Shown here piece by piece: positions 52,757 to 63,956 of a stretch of DNA of 64,000 nucleotides. The stretch covers positions 800,001-864,000 of the forward strand of contig OY970320.1 in NCBI GenBank assembly GCA_963716745.1. The letters are read 5' to 3'. Position numbers and translations under genes: made by a program. The first letter of the stretch is position 1; each line of letters begins with the position of its first letter. Origin of the DNA: an uncultured Gemmatimonadaceae bacterium. GTDB taxonomy: Bacteria > Gemmatimonadota > Gemmatimonadetes > Gemmatimonadales > Gemmatimonadaceae. The notes below the pieces were generated by a model. That model saw only the letters and a list, made by a program, of their open reading frames with translations, was not told where the DNA came from and ran no database searches.

Positions 52757-54047
52757 CTACTGTACCGGCAGGTTCCCCGGCGCCGGCGAGAAGACCATTC
52801 CCCACGGCAGAAATAGCGAGTTCGCTGTGCTGCTTATCTTGACTGCGGGCGCTGGCGAGCCGGTCGTCGTCAGCTGCGAGGCGTCGTAGCGAAGGATGGA
52901 CGTTCCCTCGTTCGCGACTACCCACAATGCGCCGCTGTTGTCGAACGCGAGTCCCATGGGGATGTTCAGCACGGAGCCGGTGATGATCACCGCCGGCACC
53001 GGCGCGCCGATCGAGGTGAGATCGCTCGCACGGAACTCGACCAACGAGTCGATGATCGAGGCCACCCACAAGTTCCCGTTCGCATCGAACGCGGCGCCGA
53101 GCGGACCCGTAAGTCCCTGTGATCCCGTGACGGCGGCGAAGGGCGTGGGGCTGCCCGTCGCGGCGATCTGCGCCGGAGTGAATCCGGCAACGGAATTGCC
53201 ATGGTAGTTCACCACCCAGAGATCGCCGAACTTGTCGAAGGCGAGATCCCAGGGACGGTCGATCGAGCCGAGCGCGGCTGAGAGAGTGACCACGGGCGTT
53301 TGCGTGCCGCCAGCGGCGGCCTGCGCGGCGCTGAATTCGAAGATCTTGTTGGATGCCTGGTCGGCGATCCACAGATTGCCGGCGACGTCGATGGCGATCC
53401 CGGTCGGCTCTATGGTCGTCGTGCTGACGATGGACCCGCGTGGCGGTCGGATTGCCAGTGGATGCGAGTTTTGCGGCCGAGAAGTATCGGAGCGTGTCGC
53501 CGCCGCTGGCCGATCCAGATGCCGCCCTTCGCATCGAGCGTGATATCATTGGGATTGGCGACGGTGCTGTCGCTGGTGCCATTGCCCAATGGTATATGGC
53601 CGGCGCCGTAGCGCCGGTAGCCGTGAGCTGAGCCGAACTGAATCCGCTCAGCTTGTTGCCGAGTTGTGACGCGACCCAGAGATGGCCGGCGCTCGCCCAG
53701 GCGCTGCTGTACGTCACGGTCGCGTTCGCCGTCGCGCCCGCGGTGATCGCAGCGGGGCTTCCCGTGACCGCGCCCGCATAGCCGGTGCCGACGATCGGAT
53801 CGGCGGTCGTGCCCGGTCGCGCGTTCACGGTGTAGGTGCCCGTGTCGAGTCCTGAGATCGTTTGCGATGACGTGATCGTCGCGCGGTATCCGTTCGGTCC
53901 GAGTACGGTCACGCGCGCGGAGACTCCGCCGGGCGCCGTGATCGTGATCGCAAGCGAGCCGGTATTGCCGCCGCCCCCGCCGCCCGGGCTCGTGCTGGAG
54001 CTGCACGCCGCCGCCGCGAGGAGGGTTCCGAGGAGGATGTATTTCAT
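52757..54047 (-). CDS. NHL-like repeat lipoprotein (frameshifted), paralogue of 59186..60481
   Basis: AAAC lipobox; P.G.AFD..G.LWV repeats. Confidence 0.8.
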
Positions 54048-54090
54048 AGAGGAGCGACGAGTCACTCGGAACGCGGGCAACGCCACACGA

Positions 54091-54174
54091 CAGACCTAGA
54101 CGTTAGACCTAGACGTTAGAAGGCGGACGGCGTGAGAGTCTTCTAACGTCTAGGTCTAGCGTCTAGGTCTGCAG
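54091..54174. repeat. Family C palindromic element
   Basis: AGACCTAGACGTTAGACCTAGACGTTAGAAG...CTTCTAACGTCTAGGTCTAGCGTCTAGGTCTGCAG. Confidence 0.9.
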
Positions 54175-54179
54175 TACCC

Positions 54180-55049
54180 TCAGAATCTCACCACGGGGAT
54201 CAGCGCCACATACCAACCACCGTGGAAATCCGTGCCGATGTCGGTCGCGACATCGAGCCACTTCGTCGCGCTGTATTGCGCGCCGGTGCCGTACGTGTAG
54301 CGGTACGCGGGACCCTGGTCCACCACGAACGTGAGTGTGCCGCCGTCGGGATCGGGCACGGTGCCCGTCACGGTGGTGAAGGTGTTCCAATCGGTCGCGA
54401 CGAGCCATGCGCGCAGCGGATGCGAGTTCAACTTCCCGTTCCAGCCGGCTCGAATAGAGGTGATCACTCCGTGGATCTGCTCATTGAATCCTAGGTCGGC
54501 ACGGATGTAATTCCCGTCCACGGTCAGGAAGTATGGACCCCAGCCGCCCGCGAGCGTGGCGCCGAGTCCGAGCACGGTGCCGGTCATCGACGTCGGCACG
54601 TCCATGGTTCGCTGACGCGACATGCCGCCGGGAGTGAGCGGAGGGAGCGCGACGTTTATCGTCGTCTGCGAGGAATTCGAAACGTAGCCGCCGACGCCGT
54701 ACAGATTCAGAAACGGCAGCAGCCAGGCGTCCACTTTCACGTTCACGTTGTTCACCGCGGCGCGTGCGGCGAGCTGCGCGAAATTGCTCACCGATTGCGG
54801 CGGCGCGCCGTTCCGGCCGACGCTCACGTCACTGATCGCGATGTCGCGCGCGAGATAGTAGTACACGAGGCCGGCGCCGAACGGCCGCGGCATCTCAATG
54901 CAGCGCTTGCGCGCTTCTTCGGCCATGAGTGGCAAGAACGACCGTTTCGGCGGCGCTTGCGTCGTGTCGCACGCGGGCGCCGATACGCGTGCACTGGAGT
55001 CGGACTGAGCCGCGCCGAGCGAGGCGCCGAACGCGATCGCGACGAGCAT
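54180..55049 (-). CDS. Putative outer-membrane beta-barrel protein
   Basis: Signal peptide, DAWLLPFLNLYG, terminal Phe (VVRF). Confidence 0.65.
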   Translation of the reverse strand: MLVAIAFGASLGAAQSDSSARVSAPACDTTQAPPKRSFLPLMAEEARKRCIEMPRPFGAGLVYYYLARDIAISDVSVGRNGAPPQSVSNFAQLAARAAVNNVNVKVDAWLLPFLNLYGVGGYVSNSSQTTINVALPPLTPGGMSRQRTMDVPTSMTGTVLGLGATLAGGWGPYFLTVDGNYIRADLGFNEQIHGVITSIRAGWNGKLNSHPLRAWLVATDWNTFTTVTGTVPDPDGGTLTFVVDQGPAYRYTYGTGAQYSATKWLDVATDIGTDFHGGWYVALIPVVRF

Positions 55050-55169
55050 CAATAGTCCGCGGTGTGCCAAGGACCGACCTCCTCGGGTAAGCGCGCTTGC
55101 AATGTGGAAGGTAAGTGGTGCTTGCGACAGCCGACAGCCAACAGCCCGATCTCGCAGTATCGTACTGCC

Positions 55170-56072
55170 ATGCCCGAACTTCCCAATGTCGAGATCTACG
55201 TAGAGGCGCTTCGCGCGCGCATCGTGGGCGGCGCGCTCGAGCAGCTCCGCATCGCGAATCCCTTCGTACTGCGATCGGTCGAGCCTTCTGTTTCGGACGC
55301 GGACGGGCGCATCGTGACCGGCGTCTCGCGAATGGGCAAGCGGATCGTGGTCGCGCTGGAGGGCGAGCGCTACGTCGTCATCCATCTCATGATCGCGGGG
55401 CGGCTGCGCTGGCGGCCGCGGGGCACGAAGGTGCCGAAGAAACGCGGGCTCGCTTCGTTCGAATTCCCGGCCGGGCTCATGCTGTTCACCGAAGAGGGAT
55501 CGCAGCGACGCGCTGCGCTCTGGTACGTGCACGGCGCTGCAGCGCTCGCGTCACATGACCCCGGCGGCATCGAGCCGCTCACCGCCACGCTCGCCGCGTT
55601 CACGGCGGCACTTATGCGCGAACGGCACACGCTCAAACGCACACTCACGGATCCGCATATCTTCGCCGGGATCGGCAACGCGTATTCGGATGAGATCCTG
55701 CACGCCGCGCAGCTGTCGCCGCTCCAGCTGAGCACGAACCTGAAGCCCGCCGAGGTCGTCCGACTCTATCAAGCGACGCAACGCACACTCACGACGTGGA
55801 CCGACCGCCTGCGCGCCGAGCTCGCCGGCGCGTTCCCCGAGAAAGTGACCGCGTTCCGAGAAGGGATGGCCGTGCACGGCCGCTACAAACTCCCCTGCCC
55901 CGTATGCGGCTCGCCGGTGCAGCGCATTCGCTACGCTGAGAACGAGGTGAATTATTGTGCGACGTGTCAGACGGGGGGGCGTGTGCTGGCGGATCGGGGA
56001 TTGTCGCGGCTATTGAAGGAGGATTGGCCGAGATCGTTGGAGGACTGGGAAGAACGGCTGGGAACGGCCTAA
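55170..56072 (+). CDS. Fpg/Nei family DNA glycosylase
   Basis: MPELPNV, RMGKR, HLMIAG, H2TH GIGNAYSDE, Zn finger CPVC..CATC. Confidence 0.93.
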   Translation: MPELPNVEIYVEALRARIVGGALEQLRIANPFVLRSVEPSVSDADGRIVTGVSRMGKRIVVALEGERYVVIHLMIAGRLRWRPRGTKVPKKRGLASFEFPAGLMLFTEEGSQRRAALWYVHGAAALASHDPGGIEPLTATLAAFTAALMRERHTLKRTLTDPHIFAGIGNAYSDEILHAAQLSPLQLSTNLKPAEVVRLYQATQRTLTTWTDRLRAELAGAFPEKVTAFREGMAVHGRYKLPCPVCGSPVQRIRYAENEVNYCATCQTGGRVLADRGLSRLLKEDWPRSLEDWEERLGTA

Positions 56073-56152
56073 CTGCAGACTGTCGGCTGTCGGCTGTCGC
56101 ATGCCGCGGCCGCGCAGTGTAGGCGACAGCCGACAGTCGACAGCCTGCCGTT
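56071..56152. repeat. Family D palindromic element
   Basis: AACTGCAGACTGTCGGCTGTCGGCTGTCGC...GCGACAGCCGACAGTCGACAGCCTGCCGTT. Confidence 0.85.
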
Positions 56153-56171
56153 GACATGATAGATATGACGC

Positions 56172-56642
56172 ATGAAATCACTCCTCCTCGCATTTTCGCT
56201 ATGGGCGGCAACAATGGTCGCTCAGTCGCCCCTCCCCAACGCCTGCGCCACGCTTTCGGCGTCCGACATCGCAACTGTCATGGGCGCCGGGTGGTCGCAG
56301 ACGCCGAGCACGATGGCGACGCACACGAAGGACCTCGAGAGCTGCTCGTATACCAAGGGCGTTGGCCAAATGGTCGCGTTCTCGATCGTGCGCCCTTCGA
56401 ATGGGGACGCGAAGAAAGACGTTGCGGCTCGGCAGAAGAATGTGGCGGTGAAACACAAGGTCACGGCGTTGCCGGACGTGTGCGAGGGTGGATTCTCGTA
56501 TGTGAGCACGGCGACGATCACGACGCTCGTGGCCGCGCAGGGGAAATGGGAGCTGCAGATCAACGTGATCATCGCCAACAAGCCCGACACCGCGTCCGAG
56601 CGGGCGCTGATCGTGGCGGCGTGCGCGCGGATGGGCTCGTGA
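56172..56642 (+). CDS. Secreted hypothetical protein
   Basis: Signal peptide; ACATLS..SCSY. Confidence 0.7.
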   Translation: MKSLLLAFSLWAATMVAQSPLPNACATLSASDIATVMGAGWSQTPSTMATHTKDLESCSYTKGVGQMVAFSIVRPSNGDAKKDVAARQKNVAVKHKVTALPDVCEGGFSYVSTATITTLVAAQGKWELQINVIIANKPDTASERALIVAACARMGS

Positions 56643-57719
56643 AGGCGCGCGCGCTGATCGCCGCGATCATGCTCGCCGGCGTGTCGAGTGTGACCGTGGC
56701 ACAGGCTCCAGCGGCCGCCGTCGGCAAGGAGGGCGATTTCGAGACGGCGGATTTCCATTTCCGCAGTGGCGAAGTGCTGCCGGTCATGCGTTTGCATTAC
56801 ATCACCTTCGGTGCGCCGCGGCGCGACGCGAAGGGCACGGTCATCAATGCGGTGATGATCCTGCACGGCACGACAGGCAGCGGCCGGCAATTCCTGTCGC
56901 CACAGTTCGCCGGCGTGCTGTATGGGCCGGGGCAGCTGCTCGACACGTCGCGCTACTACGTGATCCTCCCCGATGGGATCGGACATGGGAAGTCGAGCAA
57001 GCCGAGCGATGGGCTGCACGCGAAGTTCCCGCACTACGACTACGACGACATGGTGGCGGCGCAGCACTTGCTGCTAGTGAATGGATTGAAGGTGAGCCAC
57101 CTGCGGCTCATCATGGGAACGTCCATGGGGTGCATGCACGCGTGGATGTGGGGCGAGACGTATCCCGATTTCACGGACGCGCTCATGCCGCTCGCGTGCA
57201 ACGTGGTGGCGATCGCGGGGCGCAATCGCGTGGTGCGCGAGATGGCGGTCGAGGCAATCGTGAAGGATCCAGCGTGGAACAACGGCGACTACACGACGCA
57301 GCCACCTGGCCTGGTCGCTGCAGTGGACATGCTGATCCTCATGACGAGCGCGCCGTTGTACTGGCAGAAGCAGTACCCCACGCTCGCGGCCGCCGACTCG
57401 TTCTACGCGCGGAATCTCGCGACGCGTCTCGCGGCGAATGACGCGAACGACTTCGTGTACGCCTTCCAGGCGTCGCGGAACTACGATCCGTCGCCGAACC
57501 TCGAGAAGGTGCGCGTACCCGTGATGCACGTGAACTCGGCGGACGACTTCGTGAATCCACCGGAGCTTGGGACTCATGGAAGTGCTGATCAAGCGCGTGC
57601 CGAAGGGGAAATTCGTGTTGTTGCCCGTGAGCGATGCGACGCGGGGGCATGGGACGCATACGCTGCCGGCGGTTTGGGGGGCTTATCTTGCGGAGCTCAT
57701 GAAGAGCTCTGAGCCGTAA
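56639..57719 (+). CDS. Alpha/beta hydrolase, homoserine O-acetyltransferase-like (frameshift near 57570)
   Basis: HGTTG, GHGKSSKPSDG, GTSMG, NSADD, RGHGTH in the shifted frame. Confidence 0.88.
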
Positions 57720-57824
57720 CTGCAGACTGAGACGTTAGACTTAGACGTTAGACTGCAACTGCGAACTTCGCGCGCCGCGTGTAGTCGCTTTCTAACGTCT
57801 AGGTCTAACGTCTAAGTCTGCAGT
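57718..57824. repeat. Family C palindromic element
   Basis: AACTGCAGACTGAGACGTTAGACTTAGACGTTAGA...TCTAACGTCTAGGTCTAACGTCTAAGTCTGCAGT. Confidence 0.9.
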
Positions 57825-57843
57825 CCCGACTCGAACCCCTGAC

Positions 57844-59082
57844 ATGAGACACAAAATTCGCTGGTCCATTGCGATCGCGGCTGCCCTCACCGCCGCCGCC
57901 GCGTTCTCCTACATCGATTCGCCGCCGCACGTTGTCCTCGCAATCGTTGACGCGACGATCTACGTGTCGCCCGATGCGGCGCCGATCGTGAACGGCACGG
58001 TGGTGGTGCGCGATGGGAAGATCGCCGCGGTGAGCCCGGGGTTGGCGGTGCCCGCGGACGCGCGCATCGTGCCGTGCGATCGCTGCGTGGTGACCGCAGG
58101 ATTCTGGAACTCGCACATCCACTTCACGGAGGCGAAGTGGAACACGCCGCAGTCGGTCTCCGCGGCCACGCTCTCCGCGCAGCTCGCGGACATGCTCACG
58201 AGCCGCGGGTTCACCTCCGTCGTAGACCTGGGCTCCGATCTCAACGTCACGATCCCGCTGCGTCGGCGCATCGCCTCGGGCGAAGTGATCGGGCCCACGA
58301 TCTACACCGCCGGTTCGGGGCTCTTTCCACCGAACGGCATCCCCTACTACCTCGGGAGTCTTCCGGCGGCGGTGCGAAAACAGATCCCACAGCCGGCGAC
58401 ACCGCTCGAGGCGGCCAATGCGGTGCGGGCCAATATCGCCGCGGGCGCCGACGTGACAAAGCTGTTCACCGGCTCGCTGATCGCGCGCGGCACGGTGCTC
58501 CCCATGCCTGACTCGGTCGCGCGCGCGGCGGTCGAAGCCGCGCACGCCGCGCATCAGCTCGTGTTCGCGCACCCGTCCAATCTTGTCGGCACGATGGTCG
58601 CGGTGAACAGTGGCGTGGACATCCTCGCACACGCGCCGAGTGCGCCCCAGGGAGTGGACAGCGCCGTGATCCGCGCGATCCTCGCGCATCACATGGCGAT
58701 GATCCCGACGCTCAAGATGTTCGCGACCACGGTGACCACGGATACGGCGTGGCTCAACCCGATCTACGCCGTGGTGCGCCAGTTCCATGCGATGGGCGGC
58801 GAGTTCCTGTTCGGAACCGATGTGGGCTACATGACCGACTACAGCACCGAGGGAGAATTCAGCGCCCTCGCGACGTCCGGTCTCGATTGGCGCGACATGC
58901 TGCGCATGCTGACCACGGCGCCCGTCGCGCGCTTCGGCCTGTTGGCGTCGCAGGGAACCGTGGAGGTCGGGAAGGATGCCGATCTCGTGGTACTCGATGC
59001 GGATCCGGCGATGAACGTGGCCGCTTTCTCGAAGGTGCGGGTGACGATCCGAAAGGGCGAGATCATCTATCAGCGACCGTAG
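57844..59082 (+). CDS. Amidohydrolase family protein
   Basis: GFWNSHIH, KLFTG, AHP, LAH, FGTDVG, GKDADLVVL. Confidence 0.9.
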   Translation: MRHKIRWSIAIAAALTAAAAFSYIDSPPHVVLAIVDATIYVSPDAAPIVNGTVVVRDGKIAAVSPGLAVPADARIVPCDRCVVTAGFWNSHIHFTEAKWNTPQSVSAATLSAQLADMLTSRGFTSVVDLGSDLNVTIPLRRRIASGEVIGPTIYTAGSGLFPPNGIPYYLGSLPAAVRKQIPQPATPLEAANAVRANIAAGADVTKLFTGSLIARGTVLPMPDSVARAAVEAAHAAHQLVFAHPSNLVGTMVAVNSGVDILAHAPSAPQGVDSAVIRAILAHHMAMIPTLKMFATTVTTDTAWLNPIYAVVRQFHAMGGEFLFGTDVGYMTDYSTEGEFSALATSGLDWRDMLRMLTTAPVARFGLLASQGTVEVGKDADLVVLDADPAMNVAAFSKVRVTIRKGEIIYQRP

Positions 59083-59086
59083 CAAC

Positions 59087-59176
59087 AACTGCTCTGACAG
59101 GATGCACATGATTGCCCTGATGAATGCACGGTCGTGCGTTCATCAGGGCAATCATGTGCATCCTGTCAAAGCAGTT
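59087..59176. repeat. Family E palindromic element (9-bp period)
   Basis: AACTGCTCTGACAGGATGCACATGATTGCCCTGATGAA...TTCATCAGGGCAATCATGTGCATCCTGTCAAAGCAGTT. Confidence 0.9.
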
Positions 59177-59185
59177 GTACGGAAA

Positions 59186-60481
59186 CTATTTCACGGGCAG
59201 CGCCGCCGACCCCGGCGAAAAGGCGATCCCCTGTGGCAACGACAGCGACCCCGAATTCGCCGAGATCGTGACAGCCGGCGTCGGGGAGCCCGTCGATGCG
59301 ATCTGATTCGCGTTGTACTTGACGAGATTGTTCCCGAACCAGTTCGATGCCCAAAGGGCGCCGCTGTTGTCGAACGCGAGTGCGACGGGCGCTTTGAGCG
59401 CCGTGCCGGTGATGATCAATGCGGGCACGGGTGAGCCGACGGCGTTGAGGTCGCTGGCGTTGAACTTCGCGATCGTATCATTGAGCGTGGAGATCCAGAG
59501 ATTCCCTTGGGCGTCGAACGCGATCCCGAGGCAGTTGCTCGTTCCCTTGGAACCCGCGATGGCGGCGTACGGCACCGGATCGCCGCCCGCCGCGAGCTGC
59601 GCGGCGGAATAGCCGACGATCGTGCTGTCGCCGAAGTTCACGACCCAGAGATCCCCATGCGCGTCGAAGGCGGCCTGCCACGGCATCGAGATCGTGCCGA
59701 AGATCTTGTTGACGATCACGGCGGGCGTCTGCGCGCCGCCGGCCGCGAGCTGCGAGGGGGTGAACTCGTTGAGCGTGGCGTAGTTCCTGTCCACGACCCA
59801 GAGATCGCCGGCCTGATCGAAGACCGCCGCCTGCGCCGCGAGCAATGCCGAGCTCGTGATCGTGCGAGCCGGCGCAACGTTCGTGCTCGTCGCGATCTGC
59901 GCCGCGGTGTAATACTTGACGGTTTCGCGATCTTCGACGACCCAAATGCCGCCAACGCTGTCGACGGCGACGCCAATGGGCTGCGGCACGGTGCTGGTCG
60001 AGCCGCCGTTGCCCACGATCACGGCCGGCGCGGGCGCGCCGGTGGCAGCGAGGTTCGCCGAGCTGAAGCCGTCGATCGCCTTGCTGACCGGGCTCGCCAC
60101 CCAGAGGATGCCCGAGCTCGCGCGCGGCGACGTGTAGGTCACCGTGGCCGTGGCCGTCGCGCCATCGGTGACCGACGCGGGATTCCCGGTGACCGCGCCG
60201 TTGTATGCCGTGCTCACGATCGGATCGCTCGTAACGCCGGGCCCGGCGCTGATCTTGTACGTACCCACCGGAAGCGCGCTGAGTGTCTGCGTGGAGGAGA
60301 TCGTTTCCGTGGTACTGTCGGGCTTGATAATCGTGACGTTCGGCGTGACGCCGGCCGGTGCGGTGATCGTGATGGTGAGCGAACCGGTGGGGCCGGCGTT
60401 GGTGGAATTGCTGGAATTACAGGCGGCGGCGAACAGGATCACCGCGCCGAGGCGCGGAATCGAACGAGTAGAGAGTGTCAT
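59186..60481 (-). CDS. NHL-like repeat lipoprotein
   Basis: FAAAC lipobox; five ~55-aa AFD..G.LW repeats. Confidence 0.82.
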   Translation of the reverse strand: MTLSTRSIPRLGAVILFAAACNSSNSTNAGPTGSLTITITAPAGVTPNVTIIKPDSTTETISSTQTLSALPVGTYKISAGPGVTSDPIVSTAYNGAVTGNPASVTDGATATATVTYTSPRASSGILWVASPVSKAIDGFSSANLAATGAPAPAVIVGNGGSTSTVPQPIGVAVDSVGGIWVVEDRETVKYYTAAQIATSTNVAPARTITSSALLAAQAAVFDQAGDLWVVDRNYATLNEFTPSQLAAGGAQTPAVIVNKIFGTISMPWQAAFDAHGDLWVVNFGDSTIVGYSAAQLAAGGDPVPYAAIAGSKGTSNCLGIAFDAQGNLWISTLNDTIAKFNASDLNAVGSPVPALIITGTALKAPVALAFDNSGALWASNWFGNNLVKYNANQIASTGSPTPAVTISANSGSLSLPQGIAFSPGSAALPVK

Positions 60482-60551
60482 GGGCGCGTCCGTCAGAGAT
60501 ACCGGAGCGACGACCCGGGACTGGAGTCAGTCACCGCGGTCCATCTTCTCC

Positions 60552-60620
60552 GTCATGTGAATCCTGTCCAATGCAGTTCACGGAACGGCATTGGACAGGA
60601 TGCACATGATGGAAAGGATT
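60552..60620. repeat. Family E related element
   Basis: ATCCTGTCCAATGC..GCATTGGACAGGATGCACATGAT. Confidence 0.7.
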
Positions 60621-60696
60621 GAATCTGAAACCGGGGAGCGCTGCGACCGTATAGCATAGTAGTCAGTACTGTTTTCTTTTACGCCGAGGGAACCTC

Positions 60697-62149
60697 ATGC
60701 GTGCCATCCTGGCTGTCATCCTGTTGGCGACCGGAATCATGTCCGGCGCCGCCCAGGATCCCGTCGCGCCGGCGATCCTCGGCGATTGGTACGGTGGCGC
60801 GGGATGGGCCACGGACAGCATCGCCCTCGGACTGCGGTTCAAATACAACGACAAGCACGAGCTCAAGGCGTACCTCTATCAGCCGTCGCTCAATTTCTAC
60901 GGACTCGAATTGCCGGGCGTCGTCGTAGAGGACAGCGGGATGTTCATGCTGCGCGAGTACGCGATCCGGGGCGCGGTGCACGGCGACTCGCTCATCGGCA
61001 CCTTCTTCCCGCTCAGGGCGCCGATGCTCCTGCGGCGCACCCCCGTGTTACCGTCGGAGGCGCCGATCCCGGAGATACCCGCCGGCCCCGGGCCCTTATG
61101 GCGGGTCAAGCTCTATGCCCCCATCTGGGCGCCCGTCGCCGTGCGCGATCATCTCGCCTACGTGGGCACCGAGGGCGGCGTCTTTCACGCCGTGGATCTC
61201 GGCACCCACAACGTCGCATGGACCTTCTCCGCCGGTCGGCCGATCTTCGGCGGGGCGCTCACTACCGACAGCGCCGTGTTCTTCGCGAGCGATAACGGCT
61301 ACCTGTTCAAGCTCGACCGCGCCACGGGTAAAGAGATCTGGCGCTACGACCTCGGCGACGCGCGCGTCTCGCGGATCCTGCCGCACGAGACCGTCTTCGA
61401 CTACGACTACAAATCGCCCGCACCGGTGACTGCCGACGGCGTGATCTTCATCGGCAGCGGCGACAGCAGCTTCCACGCCATCTCAGCGGCGACGGGCAAA
61501 CGCCTTTGGCGCGCGAGCGTGAACGGCAAAGTCCGCAGCACCGCCGTGTTCTACAAGAAGAGCGTGATCGTCGGATCGATGGGCGGCAAAGAGTATTCCT
61601 TCGACCGCGCGACCGGAAAACAGCTCTGGACGAAAGAGACCGGCGCCGAGCTCAACAGCACCCCGGTCGTCATGGGCAACCGTCTCATTCTGGGCAGTCA
61701 CGACGGACTCGTCGCCGCGATCGATGCCGACTCCGCAAAGACGCTCTGGCGCATGTTGTTCTGGGGCTCGGCCATCGAATCCGATCCCGTCGCCGAGGAC
61801 ACGACGTTCGTGATCGGCGCATCGGATCTGCGTCGCGTGAGCCGCATCGACGCGCGCACCGGCAGAGTGTACTGGCGCACCAATGTCTATGGCTGGGCTT
61901 GGGCGCGCCCGTTGGAGACGGCCGACCGGATCTTCCAGAGCGTGGCGAGCGGCACCCCCTATCAGAATGCGCCACGTGGCGAGCTTCACCGCCCTCGACC
62001 GGAAAACGGGCGCGATCATCTGGCGCTGGCCCATGCCCGAATGGCCCGGCGCCTACATGAACGGCTTCGCCGCCGGTGCGGCGCTCGCGGGAGATGAAGT
62101 CGTGGTAGGAGCAGTGGACGGCAGTTTATACGCCTTCCCCGCGCATTGA
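60697..62149 (+). CDS. PQQ-like/BamB beta-propeller protein (frameshift near 61965)
   Basis: Repeated LD..TGK.lW units. Confidence 0.85.
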
Positions 62150-62156
62150 ATCGCGT

Positions 62157-62192
62157 ATTCTAAGTCTAAGTCTAACGTCTCAGTCTGTAGTT
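62157..62192. repeat. Family C half element
   Basis: TTCTAAGTCTAAGTCTAACGTCTCAGTCTGTAGTT. Confidence 0.75.
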
Positions 62193-62193
62193 C

Positions 62194-62718
62194 TCAGCAG
62201 ACGCTAGCAGGCGCCTTGCCGGTGACCTGCAGCGAATCCAGGAACTTCCCGCTCCAGTTCCCTTCCTCGCTGCCGTCGGGCTTCGAGATCATCCAGTCGA
62301 TGATCTCCGACTGCGGCACGATGTATGGCTGCCGCAGCTGGTAGCCCTTCACAATGTTGATCTGGTTCCAGATCCGGCCGTAGACGTCGGCTTTGCCGAT
62401 GCTGTCCACCGCGACGAAGACCTGCTCGAACTTCCCCGAGCTGTCGTGCAGCACGGTCACCACGAAGAACGACTCTCCCTCGGGCAGGCCCGCCTTGAAC
62501 CGCTGCGCCGCGGCCGGGAACGCGGCCCGCGCCTTCGTGACGCAGGGCGCGAGCATCTTCCCCATCGCCGTCACGCTCCCCGCGGGCGCCGCCACCGGTG
62601 CATCGGTGGGCGCGTTGTCCGCGAGCGCCGGGTCGGGAACCAGCGCGGGCGAGGGTTTCCTGCCCGCGCACGCGACGGCGATCCCAAGGAGCAGAGCGAG
62701 CAGCGCTGACCGGACCAT
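62194..62718 (-). CDS. DUF2314/YegJ-like lipoprotein
   Basis: AVAC lipobox; KARAAFP..EIIDWMI..EEGN. Confidence 0.75.
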   Translation of the reverse strand: MVRSALLALLLGIAVACAGRKPSPALVPDPALADNAPTDAPVAAPAGSVTAMGKMLAPCVTKARAAFPAAAQRFKAGLPEGESFFVVTVLHDSSGKFEQVFVAVDSIGKADVYGRIWNQINIVKGYQLRQPYIVPQSEIIDWMISKPDGSEEGNWSGKFLDSLQVTGKAPASVC

Positions 62719-62755
62719 CCATGCCTCCACGGCGAGTTGAGATACATTACCTCCC

Positions 62756-63956
62756 ATGCCCGACCTCTCGCCGGATGTCATGTATGTGCTGCTCATCTTC
62801 GGCATCTTCATCGTCTCGAGATACCTCGAGCGGTTCCGGATCCCGAGCGCCATCACCTGTGTCGCGATCGGCGTGGCGCTGGGCATCGGCGCCGGTGCCT
62901 TCCACGAGGCGCCGACGATCAGGATCTTCGCGGTGCTCGGCATCGTCTCGCTCTTCTTGTTCGCCGGCATGGAGGTGGACCTCCAGGAATTGAATCGTGG
63001 ACGCGCCGTTCTCGCGCAGCACCTCGTGATCCGCGCGTTGGTGATCGCCGGCGCGACATGGCTGATCCAACGCTTCCTCCATCTCGACACGCGCCCCGCG
63101 GTGCTCGTCGCGCTCGCACTGCTCACGCCGTCCACCGGATTCATCCTCTCGTCGCTCGCATCGCTTGATCTCAGCCCCGACGAGCGCTTCTGGATCAAAT
63201 CGAAAGCGATCGCCACCGAGATCGTCGCGCTCGCGGCGCTGTTCATCGCGCTGCAATCCACGTCGCCGGAAACGCTCGGACTGTCCACCGTGGCGCTCCT
63301 GCTCATGATCCTGCTGCTGCCGGTGATCTTCAAGATGTTCGCGCGCGCGATCCTGCCGTACGCGCCCAATACCGAGTTCGCGTTCCTCGTGATCGTCGCG
63401 CTCCTCTGCGCATCGCTTACCAAGAAGCTGGGCGTCTATTATCTCGTGGGGGCGTTCGTCGTGGGTGTTACCGAGCAGCGGCTGCGGACGGAACTCCCGG
63501 CGCTCGCCACCGACGGCCTGATGCGCGCGGTGGAGTTGTTCGCCTCGTTCTTCATTCCATTCTATTTTCTCGAGGCCGGGCTCACGCTCACGCCGGAAAA
63601 TTTCTCTCTCGCCGCGTTCGAGCTCGCCGGGATCTTCGTCGTGTGCGCGCTTGCCGGCGCAGCTCGTGATCGTGGCGCTGCACCGCCGGATCGCGCTCAA
63701 GGAGCCGATGCGCGCCGGCTTCAAAGTGGGCGCGTCGCTGCTGCCAACGCTCGTGTTCTCGATGGTGCTCGCCGGCATCCTGCGGGAACGATTCGCGGCC
63801 GCGCCGGCGTTAGTCGGCGCGATCATCATCTACGCGCTGGTCAATACGCTGCTTCCCGGCTTCTTCCTGCGCGCGCCCGTGCCCGATTACGATTCACCGA
63901 TGGTGCCGAGGCAGACGGTCGAGATGAGCGTTACCGAGCACGACGCGGCGAGCTAA
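62756..63956 (+). CDS. Cation:proton antiporter (CPA2/Kef-like; frameshift near 63650)
   Basis: LGIVSLFLFAGME, LVGAFVVG, FFIPFYF, PTLVF. Confidence 0.8.
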
